From NCBI GenBank assembly GCA_002104945.1, contig MCFH01000032.1, positions 186,001-250,000 of the forward strand: DNA of 64,000 bases. Reading direction: 5' to 3'. The notes beneath the pieces are model-generated. The model was given only the letters and a program-made list of their open reading frames with translations, searched no databases and was not told the origin of the DNA. Of this stretch, positions 14,001 through 25,363 are shown one piece after another. The position numbers were made by a program, and so were the translations under genes. Origin of the DNA: Piromyces finnis finn (lineage: Eukaryota; Fungi; Neocallimastigomycota). Position 1 is the first letter of the stretch, and each line of letters opens with the position of its first letter.

Positions 14001-15562
14001 ATATAGTTATTTGTGCTCCAACAAGAGGATGCTTAAAAAAGATGCTTAGAAGAGTTAATGAATGGGCCTTGTATAATGAAATGGAATTTGGTATACAGAA
14101 ATGTTCAACGATGGTGATTCGTCCTGAATCAATAGAAAATCAGAACAAGAGAGATCCAACATTTTACTTAGCAGGACAACCCATTCCAACTACTGATTGT
14201 TATACTTATCTTGGTGTTCCATTTGATAAGAATCTGTCCCTTAAACCAGTTATTAAAGCTCTTAATAACAAGGTTTTGAAAGGGCTTTTTTCAGTCAGTA
14301 AATTCTTAAGAAATCCTAATATTCCTATTCCCTTCAAAAAGATAGTACTTAACTCACAAGTGATTAGCAGAGTTTCATACTTTGCACCATTACTTGGATC
14401 CAACAAAGCCAGGTCTAGAATTGCTCAGAAGCATGTTAACAAAGGAATACGATGGGTTGCCGGAGTTCATAAAGCTGTATCGTTTATTTCTTTATACTCT
14501 ATTTCAAAAGATTTGAATATTCCTCCATTGTCAGCCAAATGTGCATTAGCTCAGGTTAGATGTTTTAACAAATGGAAAAACTCAAATTGTATTACCTCAT
14601 ACCTTGTCAATTACATTCCTAAATTTAGAAAATACACGTGGTGCAAATCAAGTAGGACACTTGATAAAAAATTAAAGAAACATGGAGATGTTAAAGCAGT
14701 TAAAAACTTTTATTGGAAAGATCTCAAAGGGAATTCAATCAAAGCGCAATATTATGATGATAATAAATTTATTGAAACTAAAGATTTTATTAAATTATGT
14801 TATGAGTACCCAGGGTTTGCCTATGGCTTCTACTGGCTCTTGAAAGCAAGAAGCGGATACAAGTTGGATGCTAGAGTTGCCAAAGCTGCCAAATTTGTTG
14901 ATCCAGTTTGTCCTAACTACTGTCCATGTTGCAAGTGTGGAGATCAAAGTATTAAACATTGGTTATTAGATTGTCCAACATTTAGAGATATCCGTATTAA
15001 ACATTATGATTCCATAGTCCAGCTACTAAATTTTTTCAGTCAACGTAATTCCAATAGTCCTATCAATAATAATGAAATTGATAATATCAGTAGAGATAGT
15101 AATAACATTAATAGTAATAGTAACAATAGTAGTAATAGAAATAATAATATTAGTAATGATAGCAATAGTGAAGATAATAATTCTAATTTAGATAGTAATT
15201 TAGTTAATGATAGTAATAGTTCTAATAATCCGGTGAATATTAATGTGTATGATTATTCTAGTGTGTGCAGTAAAATATTTAAATTCCTTCTTGGGGGAAG
15301 AAGTTTTAACAATATTAATTACAATTCAAGGGAATGGAAAGAACTTTGTAAGCGTCAGATTCAATCTGGTACTAACGAAGGAACACCATTCTTGACGGTA
15401 ACCGCGGAACTTCTAACCAAAATCATGCCTTTTGCTATTGGCCAGCAATGGACAATGTTCAAAAGGTTTGAAGCAACATCCAAGAGCGTCAATGCTGAAG
15501 AAACAGTAAGACAGGCCAGGAGGGCCAGCGCAACCAATGGAGATCATAATTTTGTCCCATGA
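11081..15562 (+). CDS. LINE polyprotein: N-terminal RRM-like domain, APE endonuclease, reverse transcriptase, CCHC-type zinc motif
   Basis: APE: SWNTNG, LCFQET, GDFN, DHAL, SDH. RT: GPDG, YRGISL, QFGFR, FLDLRKAYDSV, GVRQGCPLSPILFN, LFADD, YLG. Zinc motif: CPCCKCGDQSIKHWLLDC. Confidence 0.95.
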   Translation: MSVLYIKDKNYIRRGTRSYGIPLDDIRSFFIRGIRSWSVNMLWEKLEVILEDKFNSVISVKYFQTFNDHFFLVKVHGSSKDCIKILHMLKKKLSVTSISFSARSRRNHKYTFSTLKRKILVSNKHQHSIQQSFQQSVQQSVQQSHQQSDLQQDLQQDLQQVSNHENIPDLQQTQFQSQHSTINSNSSINSDNSSIVDSSSVSQPSSNSSTYSSDASSINNDDFNNNNNSNDSSSSNKPDNFSFCLSWNTNGWNHEKRDSISYFTAIFKPLFLCFQETGNGSGSNTDYPCRVTLRNYRHFFKKADESVPGMRGLYLGFHNSCQASLENFSGKYIISIYTFSLWNRFKCSIGNVYVPHSHHNIYVDHAKLEVRLWLQTHSSHPSILVGDFNMSKVKLSNWLSTNGLGDWEILPLRGSTISWTRGDQSSDIDHALINSKMKDLIHSGSFINNFYPVSDHKPLLINGKIIPMEDFSNDFNVPKKILKWNRLKCIEEKESILSHNKFQILSAKFNDPNVSTDELSKEFTSTAFSIADELSITSANNVIKSSFHISQQIFNLQKIKMKLYKRFKNERIYDIDEFIKRIKIYRKLIDYIHKRCNEFRKQEYLHWIKTGCEYMKSHNPKKAWKWIKKTAKIGKDSFFIAQPIKNKNGELVVATEEQLDVWHDHFEKLASDPSGVSLDLEHWYEEPTNKRFSLPMLDEWDINQDISIDEVKSAILSTPNYKASGPDGIPIEFYKALIPSSNDSNNATDNNSSGNTTSDNDAHGLNFILKLFNRIWDGDFPNSWNESSIVSIPKKGDLTDCDNYRGISLINNGIKLISKIVTTRISEYGLKNNFIRPEQFGFRKKEESISLFISIQEICRRRQLDNKETYLAFLDLRKAYDSVPIGNILHKLDCLGIRGKSLQFIKNLYLTSKANVKLNGQFSKSFDVKKGVRQGCPLSPILFNLFINDIFRECEDLGVSLGDTRCCGGLFADDIVICAPTRGCLKKMLRRVNEWALYNEMEFGIQKCSTMVIRPESIENQNKRDPTFYLAGQPIPTTDCYTYLGVPFDKNLSLKPVIKALNNKVLKGLFSVSKFLRNPNIPIPFKKIVLNSQVISRVSYFAPLLGSNKARSRIAQKHVNKGIRWVAGVHKAVSFISLYSISKDLNIPPLSAKCALAQVRCFNKWKNSNCITSYLVNYIPKFRKYTWCKSSRTLDKKLKKHGDVKAVKNFYWKDLKGNSIKAQYYDDNKFIETKDFIKLCYEYPGFAYGFYWLLKARSGYKLDARVAKAAKFVDPVCPNYCPCCKCGDQSIKHWLLDCPTFRDIRIKHYDSIVQLLNFFSQRNSNSPINNNEIDNISRDSNNINSNSNNSSNRNNNISNDSNSEDNNSNLDSNLVNDSNSSNNPVNINVYDYSSVCSKIFKFLLGGRSFNNINYNSREWKELCKRQIQSGTNEGTPFLTVTAELLTKIMPFAIGQQWTMFKRFEATSKSVNAEETVRQARRASATNGDHNFVP

Positions 15563-15800
15563 CAAAATTTTGATCTTTGGCTCGGTGTCCCATTGGAAGT
15601 CAAATACAATTATTATACTTTAGTATGATAGTGGCTTTCTTACTTTAATTAAAATTACTAGAATACATTATACCCAATTTTTATTCATTTGTGTTTATTT
15701 AAACATATTTTTTTTTATTATTATTTTTATTTTTTAATTTTTTATTACATGTATTATAATTTTAATTAAATTAATAATAAAGTTTATAATATTTGATGCC

Positions 15801-15843
<43 letters not shown>

Positions 15844-15846
<3 letters not shown>

Positions 15847-18800
15847 ATGCTCATGGTACTGAGAGAGTAGAAAGACCCTCTTGGGAACGTGCCTTCATTT
15901 ATTTAATAAATGTAGTTTCTCAAGGGGGTCTACTCATGCTCATGGTACTGAGAGAGTAGAAAGAATTAAATCCAAGTATTGCGCAATGGATGCTTGGTGC
16001 CCTCTTAGGAACGTGCCTTCATTTATTTAATAATGGAGTTTATCAAGGGGGTCTACTCATGCTCATGGTACTGAGAGAGTAGAAAGAATTAAATCCAAGC
16101 ATTGCGCAATGGATGCTTGGTTAGTCTTTAAGGGAAAATTATTAGGACTAAGCTCATGGTACTGAGCGATTAAAAAACATTTTATTCATCGAATTAAGTA
16201 TTTGATGAATAAGTTGAATGTTTGATATTCAGGTAAGTTTGTATAGTATTTAATTAGAAGAGTAATACATTTTGTTGCTGTATTTTTTCTTTTATTCATG
16301 TATTCATGTAGTACTACTCTTCTCTTGTAAGAATCCAATGTAGTCAACTTTAGCATTTGCATTGTATTTTTATATTCATGTAGCTATTGTTGTATTGTTT
16401 CTTGTAAGAGACTGATTCACTCTACATCATGTAAAAATACTATTCACAAGCTTTCTGGTGTCGACATTCTTGATTCAAATTTTTTACCAATTTAAATATT
16501 TAATGAAAAGTAAAGTCAAACAAGTTTAGTGTCAAAAAGCGATTCGAATTTACTAACAACAAACCAAAACTAGAATTTTTAAAGAAAATTTACAACTAGA
16601 ATTCAAAAAAAAGAAACTTTAAACAAAGCATCGTAACAATTTTTGTACTATCCAGTACTTTTAAGAAGAGAGAGAGAGACAGATTTTTTTTTCCATATAC
16701 GTTATATTTATAATTTTTATTAGTATTTATTTTATATTCAATATTTTTAATTAGAATTTATTATCATGTCAGTCCTTTATATTAAAGACAAGAATTATAT
16801 CAGACGTGGTACCCGGTCTTATGGTATCCCCTTAGATGATATTCGCTCCTTCTTTATCCGTGGTATTCGATCATGGTCAGTAAATATGCTATGGGAAAAA
16901 CTCGAGGTTATTCTAGAAGATAAATTTAATTCAGTTATTAGTGTTAAATATTTTCAGACTTTCAATGATCACTTTTTCTTAGTCAAGGTTCATGGTTCAT
17001 CAAAAGATTGTATTAAAATCTTACACATGTTAAAGAAGAAACTTTCAGTTACCTCAATTTCCTTTTCAGCTCGTAGTAGAAGGAATCACAAATACACTTT
17101 TTCCACTCTCAAACGTAAAATTTTAGTTTCTAATAAACATCAACATTCTATTCAACAATCATTTCAACAATCAGTTCAACAATCAGTTCAACAATCTCAC
17201 CAACAATCCGATCTTCAACAAGATCTTCAACAAGATCTTCAACAAGTTTCCAATCATGAAAATATTCCAGATCTACAGCAAACACAATTTCAATCTCAAC
17301 ATTCAACAATTAATTCTAATAGCTCTATCAACTCTGCTAACAGTTCAATAGTTGATAGTTCTTCAGTTTCACAGCCATCTAGTAATAGTTCTACTTATTC
17401 CTCTGATGCATCATCCATTAATAACGATGACTTTAATAATAATAATAATAGCAACGATTCTTCCTCATCCAACAAGCCTGATAACTTTTCTTTTTGTCTT
17501 AGTTGGAACACCAATGGGTGGAATCACGAAAAGAGAGATAGTATTAGCTATTTCACAGCTATTTTCAAACCATTATTTTTATGTTTCCAAGAAACTGGTA
17601 ATGGTTCTGGTTCAAATACAGATTATCCTTGTCGTGTTACTTTGCGAAACTATAGACACTTTTTCAAGAAAGCTGATGAATCAGTTCCTGGAATGAGAGG
17701 TTTATATTTAGGTTTTCACAATTCGTGTCAAGCCTCACTTGAAAACTTCTCTGGAAAGTATATTATTTCTATTTATACTTTTAGTCTCTGGAATAGATTC
17801 AAATGCTCGATTGGAAATGTTTATATGCCTCATAGTCATCACAACATCTATGTTGATCATGCAAAGTTAGAAGTTCGCTTGTGGTTACAAACTCATTCAT
17901 CCCATCCATCGATTCTTGTTGGTGATTTTAATATGTCTAAAGTAAAATTATCCAACTGGTTATCAACTAATGGATTAGGAGATTGGGAAATTCTTCCGCT
18001 TAGAGGGTCTACTATCTCTTGGACTCGAGGTGATCAATCTTCCGACATTGACCATGCTCTTATCAATTCGAAGATGAAAGATCTTATTCACTCAGGATCA
18101 TTTATAAATAATTTTTATCCAGTATCAGACCATAAGCCACTTCTTATTAATGGTAAAATTATTCCTATGGAAGATTTTTCTAATGACTTTAATGTTCCTA
18201 AGAAAATTCTGAAATGGAATAGATTAAAATGTATTGAGGAAAAGGAATCTATTCTCAGTCATAATAAATTCCAAATTCTTTCAGCAAAATTCAACGATCC
18301 TAATGTTTCTACAGATGAACTTTCCAAAGAGTTTACTTCAACTGCTTTTTCAATTGCAGACGAGCTCAGTATTACCTCAGCAAATAATGTTATAAAGTCT
18401 TCATTTCATATTTCACAACAAATTTTTAATCTCCAAAAAATCAAAATGAAGTTGTATAAGAGATTTAAAAAAGAAAGAATTTATGATATAGATGAATTTA
18501 TTAAAAGAATTAAAATCTACCGTAAGCTCATTGATTACATCCACAAAAGATGTAATGAATTTAGGAAACAAGAATATCTTCATTGGATTAAAACAGGATG
18601 TGAGTATATGAAGAGTCATAATCCTAAGAAGGCCTGGAAATGGATCAAGAAAACTGCAAAAATTGGAAAAGATTCTTTCTTTATTGCTCAACCAATTAAA
18701 AATAAAAATGGAGAATTAGTTGTTGCTACAGAAGAACAACTAGATGTGTGGCATGATCATTTCGAAAACCTTGCATCAGATCCAAGTGGTGTAAGTCTTG

Positions 18801-21540
18801 ATTTGGAGCATTGGTATGAAGAACCAATGAATAAACGTTTTTCACTTCCTATGCTTGATGAGTGGGATATCAACCAAGATATTAGTATTGATGAAGTCAA
18901 GTCAGCTATCCTCTCTACTCCAAATTATAAAGCATCAGGTCCGGATGGTATTCCAATTGAATTTTACAAAGCATTAATTCCATCGAGTAATGATTCTAAT
19001 AATGCTACAGATAATAATTCTTCTGGTAATACTACTTCAGATAATGATGCTCATGGTTTAAATTTTATTCTTAAATTATTTAACCGTATTTGGGATGGAG
19101 ACTTCCCCAACTCATGGAATGAATCCAGTATTGTTTCTATTCCTAAGAAGGGAGATTTGACAGATTGTGATAACTATCGAGGTATATCACTTATCAATAA
19201 TGGCATTAAGTTGATTTCCAAAATTGTCACCACTAGAATCTCAGAATATGGTCTAAAGAATAATTTCATTAGACCTGAACAATTTGGTTTTCGAAAAAAG
19301 GAAGAAAGTATTAGTCTTTTCATTTCAATCCAAGAAATATGCCGTAGACGTCAATTAGATAATAAAGAGACATATTTGGCCTTTTTAGATCTCAGGAAAG
19401 CATACGATTCAGTCCCAATCAGTAATATTCTCCATAAATTAGATTGTTTAGGAATCCGAGGTAAGTGTTTACAATTCATCAAAAATTTATATTTAACATC
19501 TAAGGCTAATGTCAAATTAGATGGACAATTCTCGAAATCTTTTGATGTGAAGAAAGGAGTCCGTCAAGGATGCCCTCTTTCTCCTATTCTCTTTAATCTC
19601 TTTATTAATGATATATTTAGAGAGTGCGAAGATCTAGGAGTCAGTTTAGGTGACACTCGATGCTGTGGTGGACTTTTTGCAGATGATATAGTTATTTGTG
19701 CTCCAACAAGAGGATGCTTAAAAAAGATGCTTAGAAGAGTTAATGAATGGGCCTTGTATAATGAAATGGAATTTGGTATACAGAAATGTTCAACGATGGT
19801 GATTCGTCCTGAATCAATAGAAAATCAGAACAAGAGAGATCCAACATTTTACTTAGCAGGACAACCCATTCCAACTACTGATTGTTATACTTATCTTGGT
19901 GTTCCATTTGATAAGAATTTGTCCCTTAAACCAGTAATTAAAGTTCTTAATAACAAGGTTTTGAAAGGACTTTTTTCAGTCAGTAAATTCTTAAGAAATC
20001 CTAATATTCCTATTCCCTTCAAAAAGATAGTACTTAACTCACAAGTGATTAGCAGAGTTTCATACTTTGCACCATTACTTGGATCCAACAAAGCCAGGTC
20101 TAGGATTGCTCAGAAGCATGTTAACAAAGGAATACGATGGGTTGCCGGAGTTCATAAAGCTGTATCGTTTATATCTTTATACTCTATTTCAAAAGATTTG
20201 AATATTCCTCCATTGTCAGCCAAATGTGCGTTAGCTCAGGTTAGATGTTTTAACAAATGGAAAAACTCAAATTGTATTATCTCACACCTTGTCAATTACA
20301 TTCCTAAATTTAGAAAATACACGTGGTGCAAATCAAGTAGGACACTTGATAAAAAATTAAAGAAACATGGAGATGTTAAAGCAGTTAAAAACTTTTATTG
20401 GAAAGATCTCAAAGGGAATTCAATCAAAGCGCAATATTATGATGATAATAAATTTATTGAAACTAAAGATTTTATTAAATTATGTTATGAATACCCAGAG
20501 TTTGCCTATGGCTTCTACTGGCTATTGAAAGCAAGAAGCGGATACAAGTTGGATGCTAGAGTTGCCAAAGCTGCCAAATTTGTTGATCCAGTTTGTCCTA
20601 ACTACTGTCCATGTTGCAAGTGTGGAGATCAAAGTATTAAACATTGGTTATTAGATTGTCCAACATTTAGAGATATCCGTATTAAACATTATGATTCTAT
20701 AGTCCATCTATTAAATTTTTTCAGTCAACGTAATTCCAATAGTCCTATCAATAATAATGAAATTGATAATATCAGCAGAGATAGCAATAACAGTAATAGT
20801 AATAATAACAATAGTAGTAATAGTAATAATAGAAATAGTAATAATAACAATAGTAGTAATAGAAATAATAATATTAGTAATGATAGCAATAGTGAAGATA
20901 ATAATTCTAATTTAGATAGTAATTTAGTTAATGATAGTAATAGTTCTAATAATCCGGTGAATATTAATGTGTATGATTATTCTAGTGTGTGCAGTAAAAT
21001 ATTTAAATTCCTTCTTGGGGGAAGAAGTTTTAACAATATTAATTACAATTCAAGGGAATGGAAAGAACTTTGTAAGCGTCAGATTCAATCTGGCACTAAT
21101 GAAGGAACACCATTCTTGACGGTAACCGCGGAACTTCTAACCAAAATCATGCCTTTTGCTATTGGCCAGCAATGGTCAATGTTCAAAAGGTTTGAAGCAA
21201 CATCCAAGAGCGTCAATGCTGAAGAAACAGTAAGACAGGCCAGGAGGGCCAGCACAACCAATGGAGATCATAATTTTGTTCCATGACAAAATTTTGATCT
21301 TTGACTTGGTGTCCCATTGGAAGTCAAATACAATTATTATACTTTAGTATGATAGTGGCTTTCTTACTTTAATTAAAATTACTAGAATACATTATACCCA
21401 ATTTTTATTCATTTGTGTTTATTTAAACATATTTTTTTTTATTTTTATTTTAATTTTAATTTTTTTATTACATGTATTATAATTTTAATTAAATTAATAA
21501 TAAAATTTAAAAATATTTGATACCGTTAAAAAAAAAAAAA
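15844..21540 (+). mobile_element. Near full-length LINE, copy 2, fused head-to-tail to the poly(A) of copy 1
   Basis: Begins inside a 5' UTR repeat unit directly after the copy-1 poly(A). Near-identical to copy 1. Poly(A) 21528-21540. Confidence 0.95.
16766..21286 (+). CDS. LINE polyprotein, copy 2 (1506 aa, intact)
   Basis: Same motifs as 11081-15562; 13 aa longer in the Asn/Ser tract. Confidence 0.95.
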   Translation: MSVLYIKDKNYIRRGTRSYGIPLDDIRSFFIRGIRSWSVNMLWEKLEVILEDKFNSVISVKYFQTFNDHFFLVKVHGSSKDCIKILHMLKKKLSVTSISFSARSRRNHKYTFSTLKRKILVSNKHQHSIQQSFQQSVQQSVQQSHQQSDLQQDLQQDLQQVSNHENIPDLQQTQFQSQHSTINSNSSINSANSSIVDSSSVSQPSSNSSTYSSDASSINNDDFNNNNNSNDSSSSNKPDNFSFCLSWNTNGWNHEKRDSISYFTAIFKPLFLCFQETGNGSGSNTDYPCRVTLRNYRHFFKKADESVPGMRGLYLGFHNSCQASLENFSGKYIISIYTFSLWNRFKCSIGNVYMPHSHHNIYVDHAKLEVRLWLQTHSSHPSILVGDFNMSKVKLSNWLSTNGLGDWEILPLRGSTISWTRGDQSSDIDHALINSKMKDLIHSGSFINNFYPVSDHKPLLINGKIIPMEDFSNDFNVPKKILKWNRLKCIEEKESILSHNKFQILSAKFNDPNVSTDELSKEFTSTAFSIADELSITSANNVIKSSFHISQQIFNLQKIKMKLYKRFKKERIYDIDEFIKRIKIYRKLIDYIHKRCNEFRKQEYLHWIKTGCEYMKSHNPKKAWKWIKKTAKIGKDSFFIAQPIKNKNGELVVATEEQLDVWHDHFENLASDPSGVSLDLEHWYEEPMNKRFSLPMLDEWDINQDISIDEVKSAILSTPNYKASGPDGIPIEFYKALIPSSNDSNNATDNNSSGNTTSDNDAHGLNFILKLFNRIWDGDFPNSWNESSIVSIPKKGDLTDCDNYRGISLINNGIKLISKIVTTRISEYGLKNNFIRPEQFGFRKKEESISLFISIQEICRRRQLDNKETYLAFLDLRKAYDSVPISNILHKLDCLGIRGKCLQFIKNLYLTSKANVKLDGQFSKSFDVKKGVRQGCPLSPILFNLFINDIFRECEDLGVSLGDTRCCGGLFADDIVICAPTRGCLKKMLRRVNEWALYNEMEFGIQKCSTMVIRPESIENQNKRDPTFYLAGQPIPTTDCYTYLGVPFDKNLSLKPVIKVLNNKVLKGLFSVSKFLRNPNIPIPFKKIVLNSQVISRVSYFAPLLGSNKARSRIAQKHVNKGIRWVAGVHKAVSFISLYSISKDLNIPPLSAKCALAQVRCFNKWKNSNCIISHLVNYIPKFRKYTWCKSSRTLDKKLKKHGDVKAVKNFYWKDLKGNSIKAQYYDDNKFIETKDFIKLCYEYPEFAYGFYWLLKARSGYKLDARVAKAAKFVDPVCPNYCPCCKCGDQSIKHWLLDCPTFRDIRIKHYDSIVHLLNFFSQRNSNSPINNNEIDNISRDSNNSNSNNNNSSNSNNRNSNNNNSSNRNNNISNDSNSEDNNSNLDSNLVNDSNSSNNPVNINVYDYSSVCSKIFKFLLGGRSFNNINYNSREWKELCKRQIQSGTNEGTPFLTVTAELLTKIMPFAIGQQWSMFKRFEATSKSVNAEETVRQARRASTTNGDHNFVP

Positions 21541-21611
21541 GTCGATGTTGGTTTTTTTGGTAATAGTGGACTCTTAATAGATAAGATTATATATTTTTCC
21601 AATACACAAAA

Positions 21612-22190
21612 TGATATTAATCTTAAATTTAAAATTTAATTCAAAAAGTGATTATTACATTATATCTTACTGTATAACTGTAATAAAATCAATAACTATA
21701 TGCAATAAAAGGAATAAAAGTAATTAGAAATAACAATAAAAGAAATAATTAAAAGCTAAAAAATATAAAAAGTTGTTTATTTTACAATTAAAGTAATAAA
21801 TATTTTAAATGTTTATTTTACAATTAATTAAAGTAATAATTATTTTTAATATTTTAATAAAAGTGTTTAATTATACTATTTTATAACATGAATTATTATA
21901 TTTGTTTACTTTTAAAGTGTAATTTACTAAAGAAATTATTAAATATTTAATTTAACAATTAATTTAACAAAAGTTATATATTTTGATCTCGATTAATTAA
22001 AGTTTATTATTTTCTTTCAATAATCAAAATATATGCAGTGTTAAGGATTAATTTTATTTTAGAATTTTGGTACAGTAATTAGTTAAACTAGAACTTATTT
22101 TAAAGTTACTTTTAGGGTTGACTTAAAAATCAGGTTTAATAATAATTTTATATTTATTAATTTTATATTTATTAATTTCATTATTTATCA
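21612..22190 (-). mobile_element. Solo LTR, family A/H (shorter variant)
   Basis: TGATA..TATCA ends flanked by A-runs. Both ends match the 802-bp H LTRs at 53681 and 62061. Near-identical copy at 36623-37198. Confidence 0.75.
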
Positions 22191-22193
22191 AAA

Positions 22194-24764
22194 TGATGCG
22201 TTGACCGATATATTTTTGAATAATATAATATTTTTAATAAATAATAAATTCTATATTATTATGATGAAACAATAAATTTAAAATAAAATAAAAAAAAATA
22301 TGTTTTATAATTAACAAATAAATCACTCAAAACTCGAAAATAAACTCTTATTATGTTTTAAATTAAATCTTTATTATATTTTATAATTTATTTATTATCT
22401 ATTTATTGTCCCTTTTTATGAAGAAGAATTTTATCTTCCTTTTATACATTTTCATTTATTACATGTATTATTATTATTACTATTGTTATTATTTATTAAA
22501 ATTAAAAGAATAAATTAAAATTATGTTTTAGTAATATAAAATATTATAGAATATTATTTATTTAATTTCCTTATTACTTCAAAATGTTTAAATTTGGAAA
22601 ATTATTATAAATTATCATTGACTATCATTAAATGTATAATACCTTGAATAAAATAATTAAAATTTAAAATTAAAATAAAATTAAAATAAAATTAAAATAT
22701 TAAAAGTATCAATTATTATAAATACTCATTTTATACAGAAACATAAAAGAGTTCTGTATTTTATCTTTAGAATTGTTATTATTGTTCTATTTCCAGGTTT
22801 TAAGTTTATCATTTTAGTAATAATTACTCAATCAGTTATTTATTAATTTATATATATAAATTTAAAAGAATTTCTAAAGAACACTTGGATAAAACACTAT
22901 ATTTTATTTAAAGAATATATATAATAATAAGATTATTTAATAGTAATACTTATTAAGTATTAATAAGATAATTATCTTTACAAAGATTTAATTTCATTAA
23001 ACTATTCTAAACTATTTATACTATTTGTAAAATAACTTTTTAATACATTATTATATTCATAATATATTTTATAATACTAAAACTAAACTTAAGACTTATT
23101 ACTAATTATTAAAAATAACTATTGTTTATATATTTATAATATTAATTATTTCTTAATTATAATATAATTCATTGCATATAATATTAATAATTATAATCTT
23201 CTAATTCAAAGATTATAAGTTATCTTATTGAAATAATTATTATAAAATAAAGTTAATTAGTTCCGGAAAATAATTTTAATTTAATTAAAACAATAATTTA
23301 TATCCTTTTGAGTGAATGATCTATGTTTGATGCATCAAGGGGATCATTCTCTGAATAAACAATTAATCATTACTACAAAGTATCTTTAAATTGGAATATC
23401 TCGTGAACTAACAGAGATATTGACCTTATTTTAAGATATGTTGTTTATCTCAAGCGTGGCTATCTAATGAACCCATAATCTCCCAAAACACAATTATCCA
23501 AAATCGCTATTCGTTGAGGAGTTACGATTGTTTTTCCTCATTAAATTATGACGATAAGGGTTAAAGTTATTTATTATAAAATTATTAAGGGTTAAGGTCA
23601 TATCTTAACCTTTTCTAAATTTTTTAAATATTTCTTAATATAATTTTATAATTTATTTGAAAATAGAATATTATTGATTTTGAAATTTTATAAGTAATTT
23701 CACAATTTCAAGTGATCTTGAAATTGTAGATTTCACTAGTATTCGTGACATTATTTGTTAAGTTTTTGGATTTGGTTATGCGGCCAGGTCAGAATGTTAT
23801 CAATTATATAGTAAATATGTTTTTTAAGAAATTAAATTTAAATGTATAATAACACTTTAAACTTCCAAATGAAAAATTAATATTTATTCTTTAGAATAAC
23901 TTTTTTATAAAATTTTATTTATTTATTAATAATAATATAAATGATAATATATTTAATAACTATATAATTAAGATTATAACTATAATCTTTACAAAGAATT
24001 AAAATCGAATTCAATTCATTCTATTTTATATTCTTTGTTCAGATTATTAAATTGATAAAAATAAAGTATTACATGTAATATATTAATAACATAATAAGAT
24101 TGTTTGTTTGTTTGTTTGTTTTGTCATAACATAAAATAAAATAAACATATGATTAATCATTTAAACACTTGATCCATTAACCTATTTTATAATAATTAGA
24201 ATTACTTAATTTATAAATGTTAACTGTTACACCTAAATGGTTTAGTTCTATTTTTAGTAACAGTCACTATCATTAATTAAATTAATATAATTAGAATTTC
24301 TATTGATATCTTTTTAATTTTCGTCAAGTCATAAGAAATGTCTATGATCCATACTTGATATCATATTAATTTTAATTTACTTATTAAAATCTTCAAATGA
24401 TCATATCTTCCTTAAATGACCAGTTAGAAGAACCGCGATTATACCAAAATATAGCTTTTCCCTTAAGCTTTCTAATAAACTTGGTTTCACAACCGTAGCA
24501 CTTGTTTCGTGTTTGTTTATTTTTGGCTAAGGGTTATAGTGTATTGATATTAAATTTTTTGAAATCATAACCCTTTCACTGAACCAAAATTTAAAAGGTG
24601 ACTTTTAAAGGTGTTTTAAAATAATTATTGGGATTATTTAATTCTAATTATTATGTTTAATTAATTATAGATATTATCTGAATTTGTTTTAAATCCAGTT
24701 AATATCTTCACATTAAAATCAGCTATTCTATTAATTCATTATTTATAAATTTCATTCTTTATCA
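22194..24764. mobile_element. Composite LTR block: family-B start, with nested E-like and G solo LTRs
   Basis: Start TGATGCGTTGACC matches 59173 for ~530 bp. E-like segment ~22905-23750 lacks its left end. Block ends CTTTATCA then AAAA. Confidence 0.6.
23756..24712. mobile_element. Solo LTR, family G, copy 1
   Basis: TGTTAAG..CTTCACA; homologous to 50711-51670 and 63319 onward. Flanks TTATT/TTAAA are not a perfect TSD. Confidence 0.75.
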
Positions 24765-24768
24765 AAAA

Positions 24769-25285
24769 TGATACGAAGAAAAATATTATCTTAATTCTAT
24801 AAATGAATATAGAAAGTGATAATATTTGTATCTAAAATTTAATAAATAAAAATAAATAAGAAAATAAAAATAGAATAAATGATTTTTATACTTGTTCATT
24901 TGCAAGTCTTTGTTAGTTTAAAATATAAAATTATTTTATTTAATTATAAAGTTTTAATATTTAATAACTCTTGTATTATTAAATATATATATGTTATGGT
25001 TTAATACATCTTGAATGTATGTAAATATAATCACAACTATTGTTTTAATAAAATTTAATATTATTATCTAATTTTACTGGATTATTAGGAACAATTTTAA
25101 AATAAAATGATTCTATCACTATTTATACAAAATTATTATTTTAAAGTATAATTATAAACAAATATAAACTATTTAATTTAAAAATAAATAAACAATTAAA
25201 TAGACAAAAAGTTTACATTTATAGTTTTTAATTTAATAATTTTATACAAGTTAATTATTTTAATTTTTAACTATCTGTGTTTTAA

Positions 25286-25328
<43 letters not shown>

Positions 25329-25360
25329 AATTCATAATTTATAAATTTAATTATTTATCA
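24769..25360 (-). mobile_element. Solo LTR, family D
   Basis: TGATACGAAG..ATTTATCA, flanked by AAAA/AAA. Matches the paired LTRs at 54487 and 55860. Confidence 0.8.
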
Positions 25361-25363
25361 AAA

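Larger units (their letters stand above)
9978..15843 (+). mobile_element. Full-length non-LTR retrotransposon (APE-RT LINE), copy 1
   Basis: 1.1-kb 5' UTR with tandem repeats, single 1493-aa ORF, 3' UTR, poly(A) 15804-15843. Starts 64 bp after tRNA copy 1. Confidence 0.95.

Noticed and set aside
15860-15975. Hammerhead ribozyme in the LINE 5' repeats (GAAA..GUCUA..CUGAGAGA..GAAA)
   Set aside because: The core reads CUGA-GA-GA rather than CUGANGA, helix II is essentially absent, and helices I and III cannot both form in one register. Left as an untested structured RNA.
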